DNA from: the human T2T-CHM13v2.0 reference genome, Homo sapiens
DNA length: 64,000 nt
Direction: 5' to 3' (one strand)
Assembly (NCBI RefSeq): GCF_009914755.1
Contig: NC_060928.1
The notes beneath the pieces were generated by a model. It searched no databases. It was not told the origin of the DNA and was given only the letters and a program-made list of their open reading frames with translations. The position numbers were made by a program, and so were the translations under genes. Positions 16,331 through 30,350 of this stretch are shown here, piece after piece; positions within the stretch are counted from its first letter, which is position 1; every line of letters starts with the position of its first letter.

Positions 16331-17367
16331 CTTTGTGGTTTTATCTACTTTTGGTCTTTGATGATGGTGATGTATAAATGGGTTTTTGGTGTAGATGTCC
16401 GTTCTGTTTGTTAGTTTTCCTTCTAACAGACAGGACCCTCAGCTGCAGGTCTATTGGAGTTTGCTAGAGGTCCACTCCAGACCCTATTTGCCTGGGTATC
16501 AGCAGCGGTGTCTGCAGAACCACGGATTTTCATGATCCGCAAATGCTGCTGTCTGATCCTTCCTCTGGAAGTTTTGTCTCAGAGGAGTACCTGGCTGTGT
16601 GAGGTGTCAGTCTGCCCCTACTGGGGGGTGCCTCCCAGTTAGGCTGCTCGGGGGTCAGAGGTCAGGGACCCACTTGAGGAGGCAGTCTGCCCCTTCTCAG
16701 ATCTCCAGCTGCGTGCTTGGAGAACCACTGCTCTCCTCAAAGCTGTCAGACAGGGACATTTAAGTCTGCAGAGGTTACTGCTGTCTTTTTGTTTCTTTGC
16801 GCCCTGCCCCTAGAGGTGGAGCCTACAGAGGCAGGCAGGCCTCCTTGAGCTGTGGTGGGCTTCACCCAGTTCGAGTTTCCCGGCTGCTTTGTTTACCTAA
16901 GTGAGCCTGGGCAATGGCGGATGCCCCTCCCCTAGCCTCACTGCCACCTTGCAGTTTGATCTCAGACTGCTGTGCTAGCAATCAGCAAGACTCCGTGGGC
17001 GTATGACCCTCTCAGCCAGGTGCAGGATATAATCTCCTGGTGCGCCGTTTTTTAAGCCCATCGGAAAAGTGCAGTATTCGGGTGGGAGTGGCCTGATTTT
17101 CCAGGTGCCGTCTGTCACCCCTTTCCTTGACCAGGAAAGGGAACTCCCTGATCCCCTGCACTTCCCGAGTGAGGCAATGCCTCGCCCTGCTTCGGCTGTC
17201 GCACAGTGCGCTGCACCCACTGTCCTGCGCCCACTTTCTGGCACTCCCTAGTGAGATGAACCCGGTACCTCAGATGGAAATGCAGAAATCACCCATCTTC
17301 TGCGTCGCTCACGCTGGGAGCTGTAGACCAGAGCTGTTCCTATTTGGCCATCTTGGCTCCTCCCCCC
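16331..17367 (-). promoter_or_regulatory. L1 5' UTR internal sense/antisense promoter with intact YY1 site
   Basis: YY1 motif AAGATGGCC (plus strand ggccatctt, 17346-17354). The only CpG-enriched kilobase in the window. Confidence 0.85.
16914..17006 (+). pseudogene. L1 ORF0 (antisense ORF), prematurely terminated
   Basis: ATG at 16914 gives MADAPPLASLPPCSLISDCCASNQQDSVGV*, matching the ORF0 N-terminus, with TGA at 17004-17006. Confidence 0.8.
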
Positions 17368-17735
17368 AATTAGAAGGAAATTCTAACATATGCCACAACA
17401 TTAGCTGAAGCTTGAAGATACTACACTATATGAAATATGTCAGTCACAAAAACAAAAATACTCTGTCATTTCCCTTGCATGAGGTACTTAGAGTGGTCAA
17501 AGTCACAAGGACAGAAAGGAGAATAGAGGTTGCCAGGGATTGGGGATAGGAGAGAAGCGAAAAGTATTGTTTAATGGGTATAGAGTTGTAGTTTTACAAA
17601 TGAAGAGTTCTGGAGATGGATGACCATAATGGTTGCACAATATTATAAATGTATTTAATATTACTCAACTGTGTACTTAAAATTAATTAAGAGGGTAAAA
17701 TTTATGTAATGTGAATTTTACCACAATTTTAAAAA
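17368..17735 (+). mobile_element. Old L1 (L1MB-like) 3' end, continuation of 10800-11217
   Basis: agaaggaaattctaacatatgccacaacat...ggttgccaggg...gagttctggagatggat...ttttaccacaattttaaaaa is a typical L1MB 3' UTR. Confidence 0.85.
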
Positions 17736-18979
17736 TTGGGAAAAAAAGTACAGAGTGGTACCCAATCTATGTTTACTGGATTTTCATGTACACTGCTCTT
17801 AATAGTTCTCAGAAATGGACTTAGATGCAAAAATTAAAGTTAAAACAATTTACAGTATGTCAAAAATAAGATGGTATTTTCATGAAAATAAATTTTGTCA
17901 TACAAATTGACATTATTATACATAGTCTTAAGAATTATGCTAATCATTAGTTGCTATCTCTGTAACTTAATTAAATGTGCAGTACGATTTCTATGAAAAT
18001 GCTATTTTTCTTCATGATTTAATGAGACCTACCATCAAGCCATATCCAAATCATTCAAACCATTAAGAAAGCCCAACTGTTAGAAATAATCAACACATTT
18101 TTAAAGATATTTGGAGGTTAATGGGAGATTAAAGGGAACCCATTGTTATTCCATCTGGATCCAAGCATTGCAAAAATTAACATACAAGCTAAATAAAAAT
18201 GATTTCCCTTTTTTATTATCCGGGAAAGAAAATCAAAGAAGAGCTGGAACATCACATCAAACAAAGTGTTCTCAAACCAATTTTACATGCCTGGTGTGCT
18301 TGATTGGTTTTGACAGCGTGTTAAGAAGGGACGACGCGTGGAGGGGTTCAAACACTTGGCATCAGATTTGGCTCTTCTGTATACCTTGTCTATTTCCATT
18401 TACCAATCATATTTCAAGAACTTTAAATTCCCCGTTTGAAAGTCTATTCATCCTTTTCAATATCACTTCCACTGATCTAAATCAAGCTCTCATCACCTCT
18501 CTCAGAGAGCGGCCTCCTTGTCAAACTCCTCAGTTTTCCGTACTTAGAACTAAGTGATTGCATACATATGGCTGTGATTGCACTACAGATCTCACAGGGA
18601 GACCTTCAGAATCTTCAGTGAAAGTTCTGTTGACAGCAGAGTTCCAAGTTGGTCAAAGTTCACAAGTGTCATGCAGAATCATAAATTTACTTTAAGTTGG
18701 CTGGAGATGGAATACCCCATAGAGAAACTCTTAAATTAAAATAAATTTTACAAGTCATGAACAACAGTCATTTGATCATATATTTTCCATGGAAAAAAGT
18801 AACATTATGTCAGAAGGTAAGTATCATTGTTTCTTGATATATAGACAAATACATACGTATATACATACATGTATACATATTTGTGACATCTTATCCCCAG
18901 AACTATTTTTCCTCAGTATTCCCAAGAAGTATCACCACATACCTGATTGATTAATAAGGAATCTGAGTGTCATTATCTC

Positions 18980-19860
18980 ATTTAGATGCTATTGGCTGCA
19001 ACTAATAGACATCCTGACTAAAACTGGTTTAGACTATAGCGATTCTTCTCACATAACACCTCTCTTTAGCACTAGCTCCTCTTCTCTGTGCTTTTCTAGG
19101 AATTGTCTTTCTTTGCCTATTGGCTTTATCTCCTAAGACGAAGGTGGTGGCAGCAAGTTCAGGCATCATATTCAGACGTTACAATATCCAAAGGAGAAAA
19201 AAGAACTAAATTTTCTCAAATCTCCTACTTAGGAACAAGAAAACTTTCCAGAACACCCCTAAAATGGGTTGCATTGTATCTCCAAAGAAGATATATTTGA
19301 GTCCTAACCTCTGATACCTGTGAATGTGACCTTCTTTGAACATTGGGTATTTGAAGACACAATTTCTTAGGACAAGGTTATTTTCCATTAGAGTGAACCC
19401 TCAATCTAATGATGGGCATTGTTATAAGAAAACCATGTGAATACACAGAAAGACAGAGGAGACACACAGGGGAGATCAGTGAAGACAGAGGCAGAGATTG
19501 GGGATTGTAGTTGCAAGCCAAGGAATAAGGATTGCCTCCAACTACCAGAAGCTTGGAGGGAGGCAAGAAACAGATACTTCCTCAGAGTCTCCAGAAGGAA
19601 CCAAACCTACAGACACCTTGATTGCAGACTTCTGGCCTCCAGAACTATGAGCAAATAAATTTCTATTGTTTTAAGCAACCCAGTTTGTCATGATTTATTA
19701 CAGCAGCAACTAATACAACTTCCAGGCCTTCCCTGCACATCCTTTTGGCCAAGAGCGGGTTACATGACTCTTCCTAAACAGATCACTGCCAACGAGAATG
19801 GATTATGACCATTGGCTTGGACTAGTCATTAGTGGTGGAATGGATGGTGGGCACTCAGCC
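18980..19860 (-). mobile_element. Old MaLR LTR (MLT1J/K/L-like), split by a younger MLT1 insertion
   Basis: tggctgcaactaatagacatcctgactaaaactggttta on the left and ttggccaagagcgggttacatgactcttcctaaacagatcactg on the right. Confidence 0.55.
19260..19717 (+). mobile_element. MaLR solo LTR (MLT1B/C-like)
   Basis: atgggttgcattgtatctcc...gtgaagacagaggcagagattgg...gacttctggcctccagaactatgag, aataaa, ...ctaataca. Confidence 0.85.
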
Positions 19861-19885
19861 ACAAGGACTTGTGAAAGAAACACCA

Positions 19886-20355
<470 letters not shown>

Positions 20356-20499
20356 TGCTTTCAAATATCAAATGCATGCCTAAAATCCATGATGAACAAA
20401 ATATAAACATTATAATTAAAGACAAGCTCCTTACTGTCTATAACTAAAGACAGTATACTGATTTTTCCTTTTGCCTCAGGCTACGATAGCTCTCTGCAC

Positions 20500-20720
20500 T
20501 GGTGACTGGCATTGTGCTAAGCCCTCTTCACACTTCAACTAAATTAATTTTTAAAGCAGTTCTGTTACAAAAAGATAATCATTATCCTCCTTTTATAAAT
20601 GAAATGTCCTTAGGCTTAAAGAGGTTAAGCAACTATGCTTAGTCCCATGGCTAAGGGTGGTGCGGAGATTAACACTCTAGTCAGCCTGCCTCCGCGGTCA
20701 CTGCTCTTAATCACTGCTAA
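20500..20720 (-). mobile_element. MIR SINE
   Basis: ggcattgtgctaagc...attatcctccttttataaatgaa...aggcttaaagaggttaagcaact...ctcttaatcact. Confidence 0.65.
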
Positions 20721-21935
20721 ATTGTCTCCTGGTAGGTTAATACATGTGACTGGAAATTTTGCCATATACTTTCTATTTTAAATATATGTTTAGACACGTT
20801 ATAAATTACTTGACCCCAAAACACTTCTTGTGGTGAGTGGAGAAATAACATGAGAGAAAAACATTTATAAAAATAAAAACATTAAAACATTTGTTTACTC
20901 AAGTTAAAATGTTTCAAAAACTAGCAAATTTAGTCATTTGCTAACTTTCAAATTTCAACTCCCCTTTCCTTCATTCCTACGGCAGCATATTTTTAAAAAT
21001 CTTCCTTAAAGTAATACTCACTTAGTCAATAAAGACATGTTTGTAATAGAAAAATATATCCATTCCAGTTAACATATGAATCAAATCATATCCATATGGT
21101 AATTTGCCCTTGAGGGCTAAAAAAGTGTCAAATAGGCTTTTTCCCTATACTGGATGGGTGATCATCCTTCTGTTAGAATCAGTCAAATGGTTTAATGAAA
21201 AGAGATAATACAAATGAGATTTTGCTACATTAAAGAAAAAAATCCTAGTTTTTACAGGTTTTTTTTTCCATCTCAGTCCTTAGGCATAGTGATTGTCAGG
21301 TGTGTTTTTTTATTTCTTCGTGTTTGCTGTTTTTTAATGTTGCAAAATAAGTAGAAGAATAACAATAATTTGACTAATGGCATACACTCTCCAAAGTGTT
21401 TGAAAAATGACTTTTTTTCATGATTGCCTCATTGTTTTCAAAGATCATTAAACAATAGAGAGAGGTCAAGTGTTCTCATTTACATTTTGTACTTGAGGAA
21501 ATAAAAACACGAACAGGCTCAGTGACTTAGACCAGATAACATGGATATCAACATGATATTTGGATATTATGGCCAGATTTCCATATTGTGGTCTAATACT
21601 GTAATTGAAGAAGAAGAAAGTGTTTATGATTCAGAGAAAATAGCATAGGTGGCAATCTGGGGGTGAAAGGTGGTGAAGTAAACCTGGTAACTTAGAGAAA
21701 TGTAAACTCTCTGAACAAAACTATTTACATGGTGATTTTATATACAATGGGCTAATAATATGTATTTTTTCTATTATGCCTTGAGATATGCAACATTATT
21801 ATGCTCATTTACATAGGAATTGACTGAAAATCAATGTCAGACAATTAGTAAATGATGGAACTAGAATTCATTTCCATGTCCTTGACTCCAAGATTCTTTT
21901 CCTGGTATTATACCATAAAACTGAAGAAAGAATTA

Positions 21936-22374
21936 CAGTTGACACTTGAACAAATCAGAGGTTAGGGGCACCAACCCTCCCATGCAGTCGAAAAGCCATA
22001 TATAATTTTTGACTCACCAAAAACTTTACTAATAGTCTACTGTTGACCAGAAGCCTTACTGGTATATAAACAGGTGACTAACACATATTTTGCATATGTA
22101 TTACATACTGTATTCTTAACAATAAAGTAAACTAGAGATAAGAAAATGTTATTAAGAAAATTATAATGAAGAGAAAATATATTGACTATTCATTATGCAT
22201 AAGTGGGTTTCATAAAAGTCTTCATCTTCATCATCTTCATGTTGAATAGGCTAAGGAGGAGGAAGAAGAGAAGGGGCTGGTCTTGCTTGTCTGTCTTAGG
22301 GATGGCAGAGGTAGAAGATCTGCATGTAAAGTGGACCCTTATAGTTCAAACTCATGTCATTCAATGGTCAACTG
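21936..22374. mobile_element. Tigger2a-like (TcMar-Tigger) non-autonomous DNA transposon
   Basis: TIRs cagttgacacttgaa...ttcaatggtcaactg, TA target duplication on both sides, ~440 bp. Confidence 0.9.
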
Positions 22375-24476
22375 TACTGGCAATGTTTCTTAGTAATCAA
22401 TAAAATCTCTAGGTTCTGCAAATTTATTTGTCTAAATTCACTTTATAGTTGTTTAGACATCAATACAAAAAAAGAATAAAAATTTTAAAATTTAATGGAA
22501 ATACATCTATTAAAATTGAGCTTTAAATATTCAGGGAATTTTTCTATATAAGTTAAGTGAAATATAAATGACTAAGCAAATGAGTTTAGTCAATTTTTGT
22601 TACTTTTTTGACATTAGAATGCTTACTAGATGATAAAGTACCCCAGGAGACATTATTCTGATGAAAACAGACACCGAACACTAAAAGCTCTTACCATGAT
22701 TTAGTTAAAAGCTCTCTAGGAAACAGAAGTCAAAGCACGGACTAAGTACCAGAGCTCAATTTGCGTGTGCAATTCCAGGGCAGTGAGAGTGAGGGAGAAT
22801 GGATTTAGGCATCAAGAATGGCAAGCAATTCAAGGTGATGTGTTACTACACTAGCCACTGTTTTAAGAGGAGTCATGAAGAGATACCCCTAGTCATTCAG
22901 CAGGTGCATCTGTACAGCCATGCAGAATATCTCTGGAGAGCTGCTATAAGGAAAAAAAAAGTGGGCCACAGAATAGCCCAGTGGAAGAAGAAAGAATGTA
23001 GTATTCTTCACAGGTCTTGACAATCTCCTGTATTCTGCTGTTCAAAGTTGTCCCTCTAGAACATAGCTCCCCACGGTTCTGGGTTGCATACTATCTTTGG
23101 CAACCTCTTGAGAAGCATAATCCTATGTCCCACACTATGGCTAGTAGGTCCAAAGCAGTTTAACCATGCAAGTATGCATGGAGTAAGTCATCCATGACAG
23201 TGGCAGAAAGGGAACAAGAGGCTGAGGGTCCTGGGGACAGGTGAGTCCAAAAGAATATGAGGAAACACTTGTGTCTGATAACGTCGGTGATTCCACTATT
23301 CGATTGTTGCATGGACTTATATAAGCCAGCAGATTAAATTCCCTTAATTCATCATTTCTGATAATTGTTAGCAACAATTTCCCTAAACTCAATTTGGAAA
23401 TTTCTAAACTATATTTCATTCCAATATCTTTGCCAACCCCCACATGCAATTGGTTGAAAATTCCCACTGATTCTTTTACTATAACTACTCATAGTCAGTA
23501 ATTCCTTTCCATTAATATTTTAATCATCCTGGCTCAATCTGTCAAGAGTCTCTACTGTAAAACTCTTCTTACTGTTCACCCTATTATTTCTCTTTACCTT
23601 CAAACTAGTCTATATGCCATGGCTTCTTAAACAAGCTCTATTTAAGGAAAAAAACAGAAGGTTGTATAAATATTTCCAAAGGTCTACAAATTCCCTGCCA
23701 TATTTTTAAGTTATGTTCCTTTAGAAGATAATCTCTGGATTATCTAAAAGAGCCCCAGGATTGAGTACTGCTACCCAACTTCTGACCTCCAATCAAAGTT
23801 GGCTCCAGAATTACTAGGATTCTCTCTGGCTAAGAAGCATTCCTTCTAAGACAAACACATTGTATAAACAAAAATTTGTCAATAGCTTAAATAAAAGAAA
23901 TATGATGAGAGAATGGAGTGATCACTCTGCATAGCAGAATATGGGCAGACTGAGTAAAAGAAAATTTGCCCTGTAGTAGTCAGTACCATGTTCACTTTGA
24001 GAACAGCCAGGTAATCTAGCACATAAAATTTAATATTGCTATTATGAATTATCTTAGTTTTCCTGTCTCATTAGTGTTTAATTTCATATTTATTTTCATT
24101 TTATAATTATTATAAGATTTATCATAAGAATTTTTACTGAATTTACAGTTTTACATTTTTATATAGTATTAACAATAATTTGCATCCATGCTAGAAATCC
24201 AAGAGAATTACGGCAGTTTCTTTAAAAGTATGCTGTACATTGTTTGAGCTTGGAGATGTGCTGAAATATATCATTGCTGGGTTAATTTTCCTAAAGCATA
24301 TCTCTAATTATGCCATTGTCTGATACAAAATCTTTAGAAGTTTCTTACTGTATATAAAATTAAAATTCATGAATCTGGCCATTCCTACATGTATGTTCTC
24401 CTTCAATGTACTTGTTTTGTTTTCCAGACTACCTCAGCAAATGGACGCATACAAACAACATGTTCACTTATCATTT

Positions 24477-24818
24477 TGCTGTAGTCCAAATGTTCGTGTA
24501 CCCCCAAAATTCATATGTTGAAATTTAACCTCCAAGGTGATGGCATTAGTAGCTGAGGCTTTTGGAGGTAATTAGGTTATGAGGGTGGATCCTTCATGAA
24601 TAGGATTTGTGCCTTTGTAAAAGAGATCTCAGAGAACTAGTAGTTCCTTCTACTACATATGAACACAGCAAAAAAGGTACCATCTAGGAGCCAGAAAGTA
24701 AGCCCTCACCCAATATAGAATCTGCCTTGATTTTAGACTTCCCAGACTCCAGAAATAAATTTTTATTATTTATAAGCCACTCTTTTTGTGATATTGTTAC
24801 AGCAGCCCAAACTAAGAC
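24477..24818 (+). mobile_element. MLT1A0-like MaLR solo LTR
   Basis: tgctgtagtccaaatgttcgtgtacccccaaaattcatatgttgaaa...gttacagcagcccaaactaagac. Confidence 0.85.
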
Positions 24819-26611
24819 TTCTGTTTTTATCTGAATTTCTTTTTGCCACAATCTCCTCATGACCAGTCTTATCCATGGATTAAAACCCATGACATCTTCC
24901 TGATCCTTCAAGTACTTGGGACCTGACTCTTCATTAGAATCCTGTGAAGTTTTGGGCATATCATTCTTATGGCACTCAGCATATCTGCTTTGTATTATGG
25001 ATACTTGTATAAATTCCTTAGCAAAGTCATCTTATCTTCATCTAAGAATCCGCTAATTGGCCGAGTTTGGTATTTTGTGTAGCTTATCTGTTCAATAAAT
25101 ACTCGTTAAGCTAATGTAAGACACAAAACACAATTAGCTGCTCACACATTTGAAAATATCTATATACTGGGAAAGTAATGACCATGAAATTATTGATGGC
25201 TAAATATGAGACAAATAAAGGAATCTCCAAAGGAGTGAATTTATGTGTAATTTGTTGAAAACCTAGCAAGTAATGACAATCTAAATGAAGCACTTTTAGA
25301 AGGTAATGGCAAGCATTGGAATCTAAGATTTTGTATTGGTATTGACTAAGATCACTAATGAAAACAAAAAAAGTAGCAAATAAGGGCCAAAATAGTTCTT
25401 CGTAGGATACCAATTAACTGCTAATCTGTTTGCTCTAATAGGCCACTATTAGAGGAAATGATAAAATTAGCTATGCACATAAGAAACATTTATTGCCTAC
25501 ATATTACTTTTGCCCTGAGACCAATGCAATTCAGCAAACTTGTACAATAAAATCAGCCCCAAAAGAGTTTAACAAACACAAGTTTTTACCTCTACTTGCT
25601 TGAATAAGGGTTTTATTTAAAAAAACTAAAATCCTAAATAGTCAAAGAAGTGAGAAAAATCTGTTTCTTTAAATGAGTTTTGAATACTCCTTTTTTAAAC
25701 TTCTGAATTGCTTTCTGCATCTAGAATGCTATCTAAATCCCTGCTGATTTATCCTTATACTTTCAGCAGGATTTCATTGCTCCTGGGCACCAGACAGTCT
25801 TGTTAATAATGGCAAATCCTTTCAGTCCCTCTTTGGTGCAAGGTGGGCTTTGATTGACAAGGTAATAAAAGTGTTAATGAGACAGAGTGGCACAGTCAGA
25901 GATCAATAGTTGCCAATAACAAAAACAATACTGATACTCAGTTTGTAAAATTCCCTTAAACCAGATAAAAATATTTTGCATCAAAATAGAGACTTTTCAT
26001 TTTATAATTGATGACTTTCTTTTTTGTCTGCAGCAAAGCTGTCATAGGCATTGTACAAAACTATAACCATGCCTAGGATGGATACTGTCCACAAAATCAT
26101 GATGGAATTTCCTAGTTTGCTGTTTGCTTACCTGGTGGTCTTTAGACAAGGTGTTGTTACAAAAGACTGCAGTCAGAACTGGAATGGATTTTTCAGCCCC
26201 TTCATTGAGCAGCTAGGTTTCCCACAGCAAGTTTATAAACTTGTCTGAGACTCATATTTAAATCTGTTGAAGGACTTTACCGACACCTCCCTTGCAAAGT
26301 ACTCATGAAGGATAAATGATATGAAATCGGTAACGAAGTAAACAGTGTCTGGGGCAGAGGAGACATTTCAGAAACAGAAGCTATTATCTTTAAATATGTA
26401 TGGCAATTTCTTCTCAGTTACGCCTGGGTTACAGCTTAAAGAAAACTTTGTTTTTGGTTTTTTTTCTTTTCTTCATCTTGGGCATCCATGATATATTGAA
26501 TTAGAAAAAACACTGGTGAATTCAGGAGGTATAAATGGATATCTACAATTGCTTTTGAATGCTTTGTTTTTATTTGATCTGATTCTGTTTTGATTTGTTT
26601 CTCTCTCCCTT

Positions 26612-27052
26612 TGTATCAATTAGCATTTGTTGCATAACAAACCATATCCAAAATTACTGACTCAAATAATAAACATATATTATTTCTCACAATGTTATGG
26701 GTTAGCTGGGTGTACTTCTGGTCTAGGCCAGGCTAGCTAGAACAAGATAATGTAGGATGATCTCTTTCATGTCTAGTGGTTGGTTTATCAGTGGAGGCCA
26801 CAGAGATGAACTGGCTTCATGCATCTCATTATCTAGCAAGCTATATTGCTAGTGTGTATTCATGCCATAGTCACAGGGGTCCCAAGAACAGCAAGAGAGG
26901 CAAAGACCAATAAGCATGCACTTTTCAAGTCTGTTTTTGTCATGTCTGCTATTATCTTATTGATCAAAGCAAGTCATGTTGTCAAGCCCAGAGTAAGAGC
27001 ATGCATATAGGGAGGTAAATTATTGAGACCATTTCTGCAACAAGCTACCACA
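26612..27052 (-). mobile_element. Old MaLR LTR (MLT1H/I/J-like)
   Basis: tgtatcaattagcatttgttgcataacaaacca...attgatcaaagcaagtcatgttgtcaagcccagagt...ctaccaca. Confidence 0.7.
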
Positions 27053-27559
27053 CCCTCACACTCTGTTTATTCAGATTTCCTCAAGAAATACATACATTTT
27101 CCTATAGAACAATTAATTTTTTTCAGATACAACTTAGTCAGAGTTAAATATAAAAAGCACTTTTAATATGCTTTTATGTTTTGTATTCCCATTCAGTGTC
27201 TGATTAGCTTTTAATTAGACAGAGTGCTGAGAAGTACATTTGAAACAAATAGACCATTTATACTACATATGTATGATGGTTTTGTTAGAAGCTCTTTGAC
27301 CTGTAGAAAAATGTTAGTTTTATCTCTCCAGATTAGAAAGCTTGGCTTTTCCTTTGCTTTGATTCTTTTTTACTTAAAGAAATTACTCTTGGGTTAATAA
27401 TACCTTTTAATTTTAGAAGGGAACCAATGTATCTCAGAACCTGAGTTGTTCCTATTTCTTTGCTAGGTACCTTGGTTTTATTTGTCAGTTTTATGCTATA
27501 TAATATGACTCCAAACCAGAATCTCTTCCACCTAAAAAATGGTGACAAGGACAAGGAAA

Positions 27560-27963
27560 TTATATTACTTTGCATGGATTGCCCTAACAAAATACCCTAG
27601 GCTGGGTGGCTTAAACAACAGAAATTTATTATCTCACAATTCTGGAGCTGAGGAAGTCCAAGATCAAGCTGCCGGTCAATTCCATTCTTGGGAGGGCCTC
27701 TTTCTGGCTTGTAGATGGCAGATTTCTCACTGTGTCTTCACATGGTGGGGAGGAAGAAAGAGAGAGAGAGACAGAGAGAGGGAGAGAGCTCTCTGGTGTC
27801 TCCTCCCATACAAACACTAATTATTTCATATCAGGGCCCCATCACTATGATCTCATTTAATCTTAGTTACCTCCTTACAGGCCCTATCTTCAAGTACAGT
27901 CACATTGAGTGTTAGCACTACAACATATGAATTTATGGGGAGAGACACAATCAGTCCATAGCA
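27560..27963 (-). mobile_element. MLT1A/B-like MaLR solo LTR
   Basis: ctgggtggcttaaacaacagaaatttattatctcacaattctggag...caacatatgaattt...cagtccatagca. Confidence 0.85.
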
Positions 27964-29011
27964 GGAATACTGAAAAAGTGAAAGCTAAAAGCTTAAATCT
28001 TTACACACTTCGGCAATTTAATTGAGATAGACTTGATCTATATAGTATGTGGTGATTATGCAAACTTCTATGTCTCTCTGTACAGCATTGACTAATCACA
28101 ATACAGATGAATGAAGCAAACAAACCTAAAATTGGTCAAGAAATAGTCTCCTAAGAATATGTAACCGAAGCTAAAATTTGGCAGGTGTGGCCTAATGCAG
28201 TACCTACGAAGTCTGTTGAAAATAATTTGAAGAATCATGAAGAATGTAAACTGTTTCTTCTTCCTTTTAATTAACAAAAATAAATAACTTCATAATGCTG
28301 TTTCCTATAAGACTTTTTGAAATATATTCTTGATGTGTCTCTGGTTTCAGCATGAATAGGTTTGGAAAAAACTTAGATAATGTGACTGGAATGTAAATGT
28401 AAATTTCCATTCCTAAAATACATTTTTCCCAGAGTAGTAATTGTTTGAAAGTCTTAAAAGCATAAATTTTATTTTATAAGTGCTTTATGACTTTTTTGAA
28501 GGGACATAGAATAGATAAACTTAAAAATATTTAAAGCATTTTATAAATGCCTTTACACATTCATGGCAAAATGCTTAGTAAAATTTCAGGTACAAAATTC
28601 TCTAGGGTATTACATTGTTGAGTGTCCTTAAGAACTATAAAATTTCCTATCCCCATTATTTCTCCTGTTTAATTTCCTGTCACCACAGATGAGTCTGGGC
28701 TTTGTTTGTTTTGCCAACTACAGAGTTGAAAACTGACTTGCGGGATATTGCTAAATTATAAAAGGAGGCATTTTTTTCTTCTCGTTAATGTTCTTTGTGA
28801 AAAGAACATAGAAAAACTTAGTATTAATACTGCCCAGTATTATGCCAAAACTACAAACTAAAAGTCATTCACTTCTGTATTGAACATGTCATAATGAAAC
28901 AAATTTTAGTTTAAGTTACTTGGAAATCTATATTTGACAATATATTCTTACAGTTTGTTTGTTTTTTTTTTTTTCAACAAATCCAGGGGATTAAGATGGG
29001 TATCTAGGAAG

Positions 29012-29402
29012 GTGTGTTAGTCAGCTTTGGGCTGACATAAAATATCACAGACTGGGTGGCTTAAACAACAGAATTTTATGTTCTCACATTCCTGCAGCCT
29101 GGAAATTCAAGACCCGGGTGTCAGCTGATTCAGTTCTTGGTGAGAGTTTGCTTGCTGGATTGAAGACAACTGATTTCTCTGTCACCTCGCTTGATAGGAA
29201 AGGAGAGAGAGAGAGAGAGAGAGAGTCTGGTGTCTCTTAATATAAGGTCATTAATCCTAACATGAAGAGCTTCAATGTTATGATCTCATTTAAACTTTAT
29301 CACCTCCTCATGGGCCCCATCTCCAAATGCAGTCACAATGGGGGTTAAGGTTGAATCATACCAATTTGAGGGGTAGGGGTTGATACAATGCAATCCATAG
29401 CA
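29012..29402 (-). mobile_element. MLT1A/B-like MaLR solo LTR
   Basis: actgggtggcttaaacaacagaatttt...catctccaaatgcagtcacaatgggggttaagg...caatccatagca. Confidence 0.85.
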
Positions 29403-29854
29403 TGAGGCAACTGCTGCATCCACAAGTCAGGCTGCAAGACTAATCTTTCCTGTTGAAATTTCCTCTTAGGCCCCACAAACTAATGGGTCTTGTATCATCA
29501 ATTAGGTCATAGTTTTCCAAACTGTCAGTTATCATATGCCTGTTGATTTTGATGCTGTCTATTGTAGATCCTGCTTCAAGGATCATCCCTGAGAAGAGAA
29601 ATGAGAGAATTCTCTGCTAGTGTGGAAACATCAAGGGACCTGCAGTTCAACCATCTCATCCAGTGGAAAGGGAGGAGGCTCATCTCCCTCTGCCTTTTTC
29701 CCATTTCTTCCTACTACCCTCATCTCCAAAGCATTTTCCAGAATACGAAGAGAAAATACAGAAATCAAATTTTATATTTGCTTTTTACTTATTGGTTATT
29801 TTACTTAATAAAATGTTGCCAGATGTTGTGCTGTAAATTAGGGGTAGAAATAGC

Positions 29855-30350
29855 ACTCATTTATTCCTTCAGTGAATATTTATCAAGTGCCTACTATGTG
29901 CCAGGCACTATTCCAGAATCTGTGAATAAGATAGAAAAAGATTCCTTTCCTCCTTGAGTTTATATTCTAAGGGAGAAAAACAAACAATAAACAATCAGTT
30001 TTAAAAGTTAAATGATATGGCAGGTTAGAAGTTGATAAGTGCCAATAATTACCAGAGCAAAGAAAGAAAGTAGAAAGTGAAGAGAAGTGAGCAAGTTGCA
30101 GGAATAAGTAAGGTGGTCTAGGTGGGCCTCACTGAGAATGTAAAATTTGAGTAGGGAACCAAAGATGAGAGAGTTAGCTAAGTAGATACCTGGGTTTAGG
30201 ATATTCCAAGCAGAGGGAAAAACTAGAACAAACGTTTAGGCTGGCATGTGTCTGATGAGCTCCAGAAACAGCAAAGAGGTTAATGTGGTTGAGCAGAGTG
30301 AGCAAGAAATTCAAAGTTGAAGAATTAAATTACGTAAGGCCTTGTAAGAC
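29855..30350 (-). mobile_element. L2 3' region
   Basis: tcatttattccttcagtgaatatttatcaagtgcctactatgtgccaggcactattc is the reverse-orientation L2 terminus. Confidence 0.8.

Noticed and set aside
18111-18557. 148-aa ORF with a small CpG patch
   Set aside because: TTG start, no recognisable domain and no splice support; expected by chance.
27560-29402. Two similar same-orientation MLT1 LTRs as the ends of one provirus
   Set aside because: The ~1-kb spacer has no recognisable MLT-int sequence and I see no shared TSD; independent solo LTRs are more likely.
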